A stretch of 64,000 nucleotides of DNA, taken from the IMG/VR virus record IMGVR_UViG_3300044800_000286. The stretch is one strand, 5' to 3'. Positions 31,201 to 40,500 of the stretch are shown here, in pieces. The position numbers and the translations under genes were made by a program. How positions within the stretch are numbered: the stretch's first letter is position 1; each line of letters starts with the position of its first letter. The notes under the pieces were generated by a model. That model was not told the origin of the DNA and made no database searches. It saw only the letters and a list, made by a program, of their open reading frames with translations. This DNA is from a virus.

Positions 31201-32726
31201 GAGCCCGTCACCGTGAGTTGCCCCCCGGTCAGGTCGATCCCCTTGATTCCCACGCTGGCGTCCGAGGCGCTGAACGTGTAGAGCCCGTTCGGCTCGGCGG
31301 AATACTGCCCCCTCGCGGGGGGAGGAACAACCTCCGTGTAGGAGACGTTGTTGGTGTTGTCCGTGACGCCGCCGTCCTGCCAAAACGTTGTAGCATGGGC
31401 CACCAAGAAATCGTACGGCTCCGTCGCCGGGATCAGCCGCACCTCGGATGCGGCCGTGAGGACTTCCTGTTCGCCCACGACGGCCCAAAGAGAGGCGAGG
31501 TCCATAGTCGATTTCGTGCTGCGCAGCCATGTGAACGTCTGCCGGTTGTAGAAGCCTGGCACGTCGGTGAAACTCATGGCGGCTGTGTTGACCAATCCCA
31601 CGCGGAACGGATAGGCGGCCGGGAGCCCCGGTTGCTGCGGAAGGGCGTCGAACGGCTGGAGGAGATAGACGAAATTCAGTTCCAGACCTGAAGGCGATGT
31701 CAGGACAGACTCCACCAAATCGCCCTGCACGATCGATCCGCCCGCGACCGTGCCCGGAGTCGCATGGAAGAGCCATGAGCCAGAAGAAAAGGGCTGTATG
31801 CCGAGGAGAGCGTTCCCGACCAGTCCCTCGGGATGGTTAAGCTGCGTGTAGTAAATCTGGCTGAGGTACCGGTTGCCGCTGCTATGACTGTATTGCACGG
31901 TCATGCGGTCGTCCGTGTAACGGCCAACAGCCTGTGTCAAAGGAGTCGGCGAGGCGTCCCATGTTGCACCCGTCCTGTGGGTCACATAGAAACTGAAAAG
32001 CTGGTCCACGAAGTTGAAGACCTTCGGGTGCGACTCGTAATAGAGTTCAACGTCTGTGCCGTCCGGCGACAATACGGACACGGCGCTAACCGTGTTGCCT
32101 GATCGGGGCGGCGAGCTTGCCAGCACTACCAAGCTGTTCGGAACATAGGCGTCGCTGCCGTCAAGCTCGAATGCCATGAGGCTCTGCCCCGAGGGGATCG
32201 GAGGGGAATTGCTGATGGCCCCCGAGGGATTGTCGGCAACCGCTGCTATGAGCTTGTGCCCGCTGTCCAAGATGCAAATGTCGTAGGCGGTTTGAATGTC
32301 GCTGGCGGTCACCAGTGTGACACGCGACGAAGTGATGTCCAACGGATACGGACCAAGGTAGGTGGTGTCGTAGGTGAACTTGACCAGATCGGTCAGAGTC
32401 GGGTTGGCCGAAGGATCGTCCATCGTGCCGACGATATGCAGTAGCCCCGTGCTGCTGTCGTAACAGACAACGGGATCGAAATCGATGGTTGTAGCACCCA
32501 GATTTCCGGTAGCGACGACGGCGAACGATGAGCCGGGGCCGGGATCGGGAGGGACAGAGTTGCTGCGGAGCACTTTGAATTGCCCGGCATACGGGCCGGT
32601 CGTAAGCACGTTCGAGACGATGAAAATAGTCTCGGTCGGCGGGGAGACGGACGTGACGACGACGAACTGAGCCCCGCCTGTGCGCAACTCGGCCGCCCAA
32701 GAATTCGAGTCTAAAATTGTTATCAC
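28263..32726 (-). CDS. Large virion structural protein with PKD/Ig-like and repeated beta domains
   Basis: FSAAGSYDRDNDPLEYIW and DQDDLTTYQWIQLSG (PKD-like); repeated V.FSGL..A.FLNGQ.VTV units. Confidence 0.8.
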   Translation of the reverse strand: MITILDSNSWAAELRTGGAQFVVVTSVSPPTETIFIVSNVLTTGPYAGQFKVLRSNSVPPDPGPGSSFAVVATGNLGATTIDFDPVVCYDSSTGLLHIVGTMDDPSANPTLTDLVKFTYDTTYLGPYPLDITSSRVTLVTASDIQTAYDICILDSGHKLIAAVADNPSGAISNSPPIPSGQSLMAFELDGSDAYVPNSLVVLASSPPRSGNTVSAVSVLSPDGTDVELYYESHPKVFNFVDQLFSFYVTHRTGATWDASPTPLTQAVGRYTDDRMTVQYSHSSGNRYLSQIYYTQLNHPEGLVGNALLGIQPFSSGSWLFHATPGTVAGGSIVQGDLVESVLTSPSGLELNFVYLLQPFDALPQQPGLPAAYPFRVGLVNTAAMSFTDVPGFYNRQTFTWLRSTKSTMDLASLWAVVGEQEVLTAASEVRLIPATEPYDFLVAHATTFWQDGGVTDNTNNVSYTEVVPPPARGQYSAEPNGLYTFSASDASVGIKGIDLTGGQLTVTGSNIANLQVGTKVLFSGLTHSPIYLNGQIVTVIGTDIARSTFTALFSHADDPEHSDTGLAGKPLTVAYDYVSSIVPMYLSDFNVPPVAEISPIPSVSPPTNVTVYRAQPRTFSAAGSYDRDNDPLEYIWSENDLDAADITLVPSGSTATLTVVRAVGGGLRTFNVGVAVVDLYPDLITERHPPIPVTNIGIALNIITVTANTDLAPGETVMLYGTGIPYVNDLAYTVVAPGPTSFTAAPVVGIIADLSSTPVTGWMIPQYQYAVSTVTVPFNAAPTITFPSPPWYATSPPTYLNVDVPRNMTISISHLPVTSPPVPNQFPVVITGDKDQDDLTTYQWIQLSGTNVLPGTVQPGQTQIIVTTEDLVFHTNGVDLSGESLVFQLTVDDGVNPPAIATCQATVAGYDFLIGTDTERLSRSVWVEQDKITNIAVGPTSNILTVVVPNTFVVGQQVAFSGLAIATFLNGQTVTVDTLIGSGPAYTGFEAYFSYPNQASTADTGFATAAGRVSQRNTALAWAPLDESVLYTDLRTVKRLSVTDGTNRYIAISPYSVLVYGVFGGIPPMTVLLRRLFTPLATAIIDAVHTEDDYTLVLDNVPGDQHIYRYTTAPLINTDNPDTTLDLRNLSSMQFDSIFSTTSHGNVRILALSGPDGCLLVQVANDTLAVQGTLALTTASNLVAGADNVQFVRLSNVESLKSGKVLIGTIDGSGGKTYETLIDLQYGQIIGTWDASKLKNQFVNTGEILFEPDSTYSGRPVSPVLLNIPPPSGGKLTLAWVQQRPDLVSGYSVEYAVRPTASFTLGIGKQYTASNYGSDVGVTESVPITRIQVNGGTLTVTCNNSYATGTPVTLNGLANAAFLNGLPPFIVLGSTGTAFTAAYAHTNYGPTSDLGTSTQALVQTSAMSPLVNQYMVDVTGLYTFNAAQVGNTLTVSFQSPFAALQQVNSGAIQKVAFSIASGSYAFEIQALSNDGASGFSNVQIISF

Positions 32727-33277
32727 TGGGCCGCTTCCTTGCAAAATCTGCAATCGGAATTAATGATATCTCTGTTGGTGTGCCATCTAATATGACGCCC
32801 CTTTTCCAGCACTCCATTTGTTACATTCTGACGGCCCAGCCTTTGAATGTGACCACTATCGACATTGGCTTTTCCTCTCGCACGCGCGCCCAGTATTTGG
32901 ATGCGAGCCATATGTCCGCTTTCAACATTTGATCTCCCACCTTTGGCACAAGTTTCTCGTGTTCTAACAGAAGCTAATTGCCCGGTCTCTACCGCTATAC
33001 GACCGCCAACACTGCCACCGGCGCTTGCGACGGCTAACAAGCGCCCGCTTTCAACGGATTTCTTACCCCAAATACGTCCCAATGCCTGTATTTGTCCACT
33101 TTGAACATTAGTTTTAGCCGCCGATAGACCTCCCCTGCGACTGTCTGCTGACCATTGCTCACCGCATTTGCATAAGCAGAGCCAAGTCGGCTTTTTCCGA
33201 GAATCTATCCCTTCTCGGGAAATAACCGTTAATCTATCGAATTTTTTGTTGCTTAAATCAATAAGCCGGGGCATCAC
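32723..33277 (-). CDS. HNH-associated N-terminal domain plus VESG repeats and HxRWH...CxxC
   Basis: IDLSNKKFDRLTV...WLCLCKCG; repeats NVQSGQ/SVESGR/AVETGQ/NVESGH/NVDSGH. Confidence 0.7.
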   Translation of the reverse strand: MMPRLIDLSNKKFDRLTVISREGIDSRKKPTWLCLCKCGEQWSADSRRGGLSAAKTNVQSGQIQALGRIWGKKSVESGRLLAVASAGGSVGGRIAVETGQLASVRTRETCAKGGRSNVESGHMARIQILGARARGKANVDSGHIQRLGRQNVTNGVLEKGRHIRWHTNRDIINSDCRFCKEAAQ

Positions 33278-35859
33278 ATACCTTCACCAGTGCCCTCCGG
33301 ACCTTTGTCAGCCTCTACGCTTTGATCGATTTTCTCAAGTTGCAACCCTTCGGTGAGCTTATCGCCAAGATTGGTGTTAGCCATGAGCCACTCGCCGACG
33401 CTGTTGTATATGTTGCCCAAAACCTCATTAAATTTACTATCATTTACAGTAAACATATCGTCCTCAAGCTTGCGCTTGGCATCTTCGGGATCAATGCTAA
33501 GAAGCTCATACAAAATACTGATGGGCAAGCTTCCTTTACTGTATAGGTTGAACAAAACGTCATATAGGTCGCCGCTGTCACGAAGTGCCATCCTTGAGAA
33601 CGTGATCTTTGGATAAATCCAGCGCGGGCGGCCGTAGTTGTCCATCTCGTAAAAACCACGCTCCATTGCAATCGGGCGAAATATTTGGTCTTCAACGATG
33701 GTTGTTATCAAGTCTCTAAATTGCACGTATGATACTTCCATTATTTGGAGTTGAATTCTGTTACCGCTATATAAACCTTCGCCGATCAGGATTTCCGGGG
33801 AGAGCCCCAAGCCTATCGCCAAGTCGGAGTTGGTATGCTGCCATTCGCCGTCGAGCGAGAGCAGGCGGCCTTCGCTGCCGATCTCCTCCCAACGGGCGTC
33901 ATAATTGAGCACGACGCTGTAATCGGGGTCCGCCTTCGCCTCGTCCACGTGGGCACGCAATGCCATGACCTCGTTCGCCGGGATGCCCGGTGCGATGACC
34001 ATGGTCTTCGGCGTCATGTTGCGGGACGCCAACGTACTTTGTACTTGACGGAGCTTCTCCCTGTAGATGACCGTGCGGATGCAGCGCTGGAGGATCGAAC
34101 GTCCGTGAAGCTCGTACCCGCTCTTCTTGCGGGCGAAGTGGATCACGTAGCTGCCCTTCATCGGGTCTTGGTTCAGGGGAATCTTGCCCTCAAGCTGTAT
34201 CTTTTCCTTGACCTCGGACGGCACGTCCGGGTCTTCAAGGTACGCCTGCTTCTGCTGCTCGGGCGGCTTGTAATAGATCGTCGGCCCGGCTTCCATCGTA
34301 CCCTCGTTGGTGATCTCGATCTGCTCCGGCGGGAGAATCTGGAGGCGGGTCGGGCCATCATATTCGCGGTTGATCACATGCTGGAATAACTCCATATCTT
34401 CTTGTCTCTTCTCGCGGGTTTCCTTGAGTTCCTCCAGCAATTCCTTCTTACGTTCGAGCAAACGGAGGTAGTGCTTCAGTTCCATCAACTCGCGCTGCGA
34501 GGTTACGCTCATGCCCATGCCAATCGCCGACTGCGCGTCTCCCGCCATATCGGGGGAAACCGACATACCTCCTCCACCGCCACCGCCCATCGGGGGAGCG
34601 CCAGCGCCAGCCATGCCGGGGTCGCCGCCCATAGGATCAGCACCAGCGACATCACCGAGCCCTGCGTCCCCGAGGGGAGCGCCCGGATCGACGCCAGCCG
34701 CAGCCGGATCACCAGCCAGAGGAGCGCCCGCACCTGCATCGCCCGCGGGGGGAGCCACAGGAGGAGCCGCGGGCGGCTGCGCCACCTTCTCGAATTCCGC
34801 CGTGACTTGGATCGGGTACTCGTCCTCGCCGTTTGTGCGGCTGAGGAGCTTGCCGAGTTTTACGAAAGATGCCTTATCGGTCTCCGAAGCGATGATGAGC
34901 TTCGCGAGCGACTTCGCGGATACGCCGATATTCTTGGCGACCTCGCGTGTCTTCTTGTTAAGGGTTGCACGTTTGGTTTTAATCTCGGAAAGAGTCCTGC
35001 CCACGTCCTCCCAGACATCAAAGGCGATGCCATCCTTCGTCAGTTCGTCAATTGCCGAAGCGTGTTTCTTTAGCCATGAGGCGCGGTGGGTCGGCTCCAG
35101 ATAATCGAGAATCCGGGCAGAAGTGCCACCGAGGGGGGAGTGGAACTCCGACTCCTTACCGGGCTCCGTGCTGTCCCCGCCTGCACCGCCGTTTTCCTTG
35201 TCGATGATCTTTTGGGCTTCTTTGCAAGGCTCGACCTTAGTCGGCTTCTCGACCCAGATGAAGGCTTCGCCGATGGTCCAGTATTCGCGGCAGGCGTCGA
35301 TGAGCGTCTGGAAGAGCTTGGTGTGCTGCTGGAACCGCTGGTACTCGTCGAATACGTAGTCGGAGAACTCCTCCGAGGAGCACTTGGGCTTGGCAGACTC
35401 CATCTTGGAGAGCGGAAGCTCGGTGTGCATGTCGATGGCGCGGCCGACGATGGGGTCGCGGTCATAGGCGAGGCGGTAGAAACGAAGCTCTTCGGCGCGG
35501 GACGCTGGAAGCTCCAGCGCATCGACCGGGAACTCGTACGAGTAGTAGCCGATGTTGTTCGAGTCGGCGATGTCGGCATACCCGATTCCGCCGTCATTGA
35601 ACAAGCCTGCGGTCTTCACGCTGGGGTCGTCGCCAAGCAGCACGTCCGCCATGCCCCGGAGGGAACGGAGCTTGTTGCGATAGGCGGCGTCGTCATGGAT
35701 TTCGCCGTTTTGGATCGTGGTATATCTTCCGGCAGAGGCAAACTCCTGCACTCGCCCCTGCGCATTCAACGCCTTGGCTACCTTGCGAATGTCAGTAGTC
35801 TTGTTGGTCCCAACGCTTCCGTTTCGTACCCTGCTTTTCGGTTCTTTGTTCTCGGCCAT
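33274..35859 (-). CDS. Portal protein (large-phage type) with a low-complexity insertion
   Basis: FYRLAYDRDPIVGRAIDMHTELPLS, EYWTIGEAFIW, IHFARKKSGYELHGRSILQRC, LAIGLGLSPEILIGE. Confidence 0.75.
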   Translation of the reverse strand: MAENKEPKSRVRNGSVGTNKTTDIRKVAKALNAQGRVQEFASAGRYTTIQNGEIHDDAAYRNKLRSLRGMADVLLGDDPSVKTAGLFNDGGIGYADIADSNNIGYYSYEFPVDALELPASRAEELRFYRLAYDRDPIVGRAIDMHTELPLSKMESAKPKCSSEEFSDYVFDEYQRFQQHTKLFQTLIDACREYWTIGEAFIWVEKPTKVEPCKEAQKIIDKENGGAGGDSTEPGKESEFHSPLGGTSARILDYLEPTHRASWLKKHASAIDELTKDGIAFDVWEDVGRTLSEIKTKRATLNKKTREVAKNIGVSAKSLAKLIIASETDKASFVKLGKLLSRTNGEDEYPIQVTAEFEKVAQPPAAPPVAPPAGDAGAGAPLAGDPAAAGVDPGAPLGDAGLGDVAGADPMGGDPGMAGAGAPPMGGGGGGGMSVSPDMAGDAQSAIGMGMSVTSQRELMELKHYLRLLERKKELLEELKETREKRQEDMELFQHVINREYDGPTRLQILPPEQIEITNEGTMEAGPTIYYKPPEQQKQAYLEDPDVPSEVKEKIQLEGKIPLNQDPMKGSYVIHFARKKSGYELHGRSILQRCIRTVIYREKLRQVQSTLASRNMTPKTMVIAPGIPANEVMALRAHVDEAKADPDYSVVLNYDARWEEIGSEGRLLSLDGEWQHTNSDLAIGLGLSPEILIGEGLYSGNRIQLQIMEVSYVQFRDLITTIVEDQIFRPIAMERGFYEMDNYGRPRWIYPKITFSRMALRDSGDLYDVLFNLYSKGSLPISILYELLSIDPEDAKRKLEDDMFTVNDSKFNEVLGNIYNSVGEWLMANTNLGDKLTEGLQLEKIDQSVEADKGPEGTGEGM

Positions 35860-35861
35860 CG

Positions 35862-36611
35862 CTAAGTGCCTTCCCTACTAGAGGTTTTTCGTAGATGAGC
35901 AATGACCATTTCCAATTCTTCAATCGTAGCGTTGTTTTTCAATGTATTGGCTCGATGACTGATGACTTCGGTGTTGGTTTTAAGGTAACCCTTTGTAGAA
36001 TCAATACGATCTAAGGATGGACTAGCATCGCCGACCCTATGCCCGGATCGGAGAGGAATGTGTAGAACAGGACAGACTTCGGGAATAGAAATATCCTGCG
36101 GCGTAATGTTGAACAAGTTCTCCAGAGGCTTGCCTGACCTTTCCGCCCACTCCGTCGCTCGATCTCGGGCCTTTCTCCAAAGACGGTATTCCGGTGTCTT
36201 CCATACGTGATTTTTTCCGTAACTACCCCAGCGCCCGCCTTTAATCAATTGCTCCAAGTTATAGCATCCGCAGCTTATGGTGTGGCTCCGCCTTAAATTG
36301 TCGGCGCTTACTTCTTTCACAGTTCCACAATCGCAGCGGCATTTCCACATTACAGGCAGTCTATCCCCAACACGAGTCATAACCGTCCATCGCCCGAATT
36401 TCTGTCCCACAGGAACCTGATGGCGAGCTTTGAGCGCCTGAAGATTATGACAGCCGCAGCTTTTGCTGTTTTCATTACGCAAATTGTCAGCGTAGACGCC
36501 CCTGACAGTTCCGCAATCACAGCGGCATTCCCAGCAAGCCCGTCCCTTGCGGTTGTCTAACCGTTTGACGACCGTCCATCTATTAAATTTATTACCCGGC
36601 TCTATAGCCAC
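35862..36611 (-). CDS. HNH endonuclease
   Basis: Two W.C.CDCG...SCGC repeats; SPSLDRIDSTKGYLKTNTEVISHRANTLKNN. Confidence 0.9.
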   Translation of the reverse strand: MAIEPGNKFNRWTVVKRLDNRKGRACWECRCDCGTVRGVYADNLRNENSKSCGCHNLQALKARHQVPVGQKFGRWTVMTRVGDRLPVMWKCRCDCGTVKEVSADNLRRSHTISCGCYNLEQLIKGGRWGSYGKNHVWKTPEYRLWRKARDRATEWAERSGKPLENLFNITPQDISIPEVCPVLHIPLRSGHRVGDASPSLDRIDSTKGYLKTNTEVISHRANTLKNNATIEELEMVIAHLRKTSSREGT

Positions 36612-36658
36612 AATCGTATCCTCTGTATATAAAACCTAAAGTTGGAATGCTGACTTGA

Positions 36659-37498
36659 TTACTGTTCGGAGTCGGGAGGATTATCGTCCTGATCTTCGGG
36701 CTTTTTGCGCCCTTTGGACTTGGTCGCGTTCTTCTCTTTTTCAAGTTTCAAGAGCTTTTCCTTGGCCCGTTCCAAGAGTTCGGATTCGAGACCGACAGGC
36801 ATGAGCCCGAGGCCCTCGGAGTCCGACTCGGGCGGGGGAAACTTCGAAGCGTACTTCTTTTGCTTCTCCGCCGCCAGGACCCGCGCCTTCCGGGCTTGCT
36901 GGTAGGCTTTCTCCATGGCTTTTTCCATCTTGGCCGCCTGGATGATCTTTGACCGCCGAACCTTTGTCAGCACCCCGAAAGCATCCATCAGGCGCTTCAA
37001 GGTCGGAGCCAAGGCATCCTGTTCCTCAAGCTCAAGGAATCCCCACAGCCTGTTGAGCCACAGCAGCACGGCTTTGGAGCTTTCCTGTGCGCGAACGCTT
37101 AAGCCCATCTGATTGTAAATCCGCCTGGAATCCAATCTCATCAGGCTTCGCTTGCGGTAAATCTCCGCGCCGTCGTCCGATTCCTTGATCTCCCAAGCCG
37201 CAAATTGCGGCGGGAGGTCCTCGGAGAAGGCCTTGGACTTCTTCCCGGCAAGCTCCTCCTTGGTCCTGGCGAATCGGGATTTGCGGAGCTTGCGGGGACC
37301 GACCTTTTTGGCGATGGATTCGTGCTGCTGCCCCGCCTCCAGCCCGACCGCCTCTTCAATGATGTGCCCCGTGTCGTCCTTCTCAAGCTCCTGCGTCCAT
37401 GCGCGCCCGCACCGGCGGCACGTCTCCAGCATGTCCACCGGGCTGCCGCACTTCGGGCACCGCTTGTCCTTCCAACTGGTCTTTTTCTTTTTTGCCAT
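36659..37498 (-). CDS. Basic hypothetical protein with an N-terminal Zn ribbon
   Basis: CPKCG...CRRCG. Confidence 0.65.
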   Translation of the reverse strand: MAKKKKTSWKDKRCPKCGSPVDMLETCRRCGRAWTQELEKDDTGHIIEEAVGLEAGQQHESIAKKVGPRKLRKSRFARTKEELAGKKSKAFSEDLPPQFAAWEIKESDDGAEIYRKRSLMRLDSRRIYNQMGLSVRAQESSKAVLLWLNRLWGFLELEEQDALAPTLKRLMDAFGVLTKVRRSKIIQAAKMEKAMEKAYQQARKARVLAAEKQKKYASKFPPPESDSEGLGLMPVGLESELLERAKEKLLKLEKEKNATKSKGRKKPEDQDDNPPDSEQ

Positions 37499-37539
37499 CT
37501 GGATTACCCACTTCTAAACGGTTGGATAGCGGATCGATC

Positions 37540-40500
37540 TCAAGAGACGGGGACTTCCTCTTCCACAACCTCTTCATCCGCGGACAGTTGGAGCACTCCT
37601 TGCTCGGGCGGAGGTTCGTCGCCCAATAACTCCAGCACCGGGCGCTTGACCCTGGCATCGAGGGGTATGGCACCGAGGAACCCGAACTCCGGAGCCGTGC
37701 CGCGGTTCGCTTCGCCGAGTCCCATGCGGGTCTCGTAATCGGCGAGCTTCTCCAGCTTGCTGCCGTCGTCATCCGGCGTGTAGTCGATTGCCCAGTACTC
37801 GTGAAGCTGGCAGACGGCCGTCAAAAGCTGCTTGGCTTCCTTCGGGTCTTGGGTCTTGAACAGCGCGGTCGTCGCCTCGAACGCCCGCGGATGCAGGTTG
37901 GCGTACAGCCATTCCTTTGCCTTGTCCACCCGGCTCTTGTCGCCCGACAGGATCGCCTTCAGCAAATTCCTGATCGTCGGCACGTCGAAGTCGCTCGGGA
38001 TATACCCGGAGATGCCATCAATGCACGTGTAGCCGTAGGGATATTTCTTGTCCATGACGCTGAAGTCCACGTCCCAGCTTCGGCCGTATTCGGCGTCCGC
38101 TTCCACGGGCACAGGCCATTTCATCTGTGCGTGGTACTTCCGCAGCTTCATGAGCCGGGTGAGCCGCGGCAGGACGAACGGCACGTACTCGTTCTTGATG
38201 CTCGCGTCGATCTCGTCGTGCACCGACCCGTGCAAGCGAAACACTTTCTGCACGTCGGGATCGCTCAGCACCCACATGCGGATACGGTTGACGGCGATAC
38301 GCATGAAGTCGCCGCAGATGCCCTGGATCGGGGCGTTCACGGCGACGCGCTCGATCTTGCCCATGAACTTGTTGTACTCGATGGCGTTGCGGACGCCCGT
38401 GTCGGGGGTTTTCCAGAGGCGGTCGGCGGCGTCCTTGTACCTTTTCGCCCGCTCCTCGTCCCTGTCCGCCTTCGACTTTTTCGCCTCCGCCTTCGCCTCG
38501 CGCGAGAGATCGTAGTACTTGCTGACGTTCCTGCGCTCCTCGGCACTCGGCTTGTGGATGCACTTCGCCTGCATAGCGGACTCGAAATTGATGACGCGCC
38601 CGGTGGCCGTCTCGCAGACAAGCTGCAAGCGGGCTCGGTTGCGCTTGATAGCGCACCACTCGGCGTACTTCGGCACGCCCTTCCAGTAATTGGCGATCAT
38701 CTCCTCGCACTTCTCCATCGTGATGGTCGGGTCCTTCTTGCTCATGTTTTCGTAAATGGCGTACGCCGTGCCGCCGTATTGGAGGACGAAGTTGATGATC
38801 TTGCCGAGGCCGCGCAATGATTTTGCCTTGTATTGCGGGCTGTTCGGGTCGTTGTACTGCGGGAACACCTTGGAGGCGGTCAGGGCGTGCTGGTCCCCGT
38901 CGCCCTCAAGGAAGATTTTCTGCAATTCGGGCTCGCCCGACAAGTTGGCGGCCTCGCGGACCTCAATATTACAGTTGTGAGAAAGCAATCCCTCGGCAAT
39001 GAATGTTTTTGTTGAAGTTTTGATCGCAACAACTTCTTGCATTCCAATATGCTCTACAGAAATAACCGTGTCAGGGATGGTGTATTTGCTAGAGCATGTT
39101 TTTCCATCCCACAGTTTTTTACGGGCGTTCTTGATCAAGCGTTCGGGTCGGACACTTCCCAAGAATTTCAAAGAAGCGTTTCTTCCACCTAGAATCCGCA
39201 AACGTTCAACATTAGATTTGTGAGTGTCATGGGCGAGTGTATAACCCATGCCTTCAAGCAGTAGCTCGGCTTTATCGAGCGTCGGCCCTTTCTTCTGTCC
39301 TACTCCAACCCCGGTCCCGGTCGCCCAGCCCTCGCCGTCGAACAAACCGTTGAGGTACCCGGCGTCATAGCTGCGATTCTCCTCCCAGGGGTCGCAGAGC
39401 CGTGCTATTTTATCTCCGACTTGCAAGTTTTTAGAAACCGTCCAACCATGCCTGCCCCGAACTAGTTTTCTACCTCCGGCGGCTCTTTCTGTGAGCCAAC
39501 CGTGATCCTCGGAGACGGTGAAAACGCCTGAATTTGTAGTTATTTTCACACACGGCAACTTAAGGTTTTTTGTACTCAGAACGCGCGAACCACGCATCCT
39601 GCGCCGACCGTATCGAGTACTCGGAAGGTTCTCGTCAAACCCTATTAGCTCTTCCCCCTCAACAACGTCCTTAGCTTGCTTCCATCTCAGGTCGGAAGTG
39701 AGCAGTTTTGTTGACATAGAAACACAGTAATCGATTGAAAAAAATGTCCAGCCCCCTTGCGCGACAAACAAACACCGCAAATTGACTGTCTCCAAGCTAT
39801 CCATCGACGTGTTGGCGATGAGGATGCCGAACTTGTCCTTGCACGTCTGGCACTTGGGCACGAGGCAAATCGCATAGCCTTGGTACTGCCCGATGTGGTT
39901 GTTGACGATGCCAGGAGCCTTTTTCTTGACTATGCGCTTTTCTTTGATGGGCTGCGGGGGGACGGGAACCGCTACCTCCTCGCTCCATTCGGTCAGAGTG
40001 TGCTTGACCGTGGCCTCGGTGTACCCAGTGATGACATCCTCTTCCTCCGTGTGGAAGCATGACGGATGCAGGTCGGACTCCTCGTAGGCGTCCACCTGGT
40101 CCGTCGGGATTTCATCCGGATCGAGCACATTGCCGTAAACACGCCACTGCTCGTCGGGCTCCAGTTTTTTCACGCCTTGGGGATTCAGTTCGAATCCCCC
40201 GTCCCGCTCGAACACGCCGCCAGCGCCGGAAAGACGCCCGCCGCCGACCACGTTCTGCTTGAGGTACATGCGGGCGGAGTTGTCCAGCTTGTCGAACTTC
40301 AGGTTCTCGGGGTGCAGCGCGGCATACTCCTTGAATTTCTTGTAGGTCAGCAAAAACTCGTTATCGGGGCTTCCCTTTAGAAGCTCGATGATGGTTTCCT
40401 TGTCGGTCGAATCGCTGCCTCCGTCGGTCGTGCGATACGGCTTGAACTTCATGGTGGTGAACAGCAGCTTGCTAAGCTGCGCGGGCGAACCGGGGTTGAA

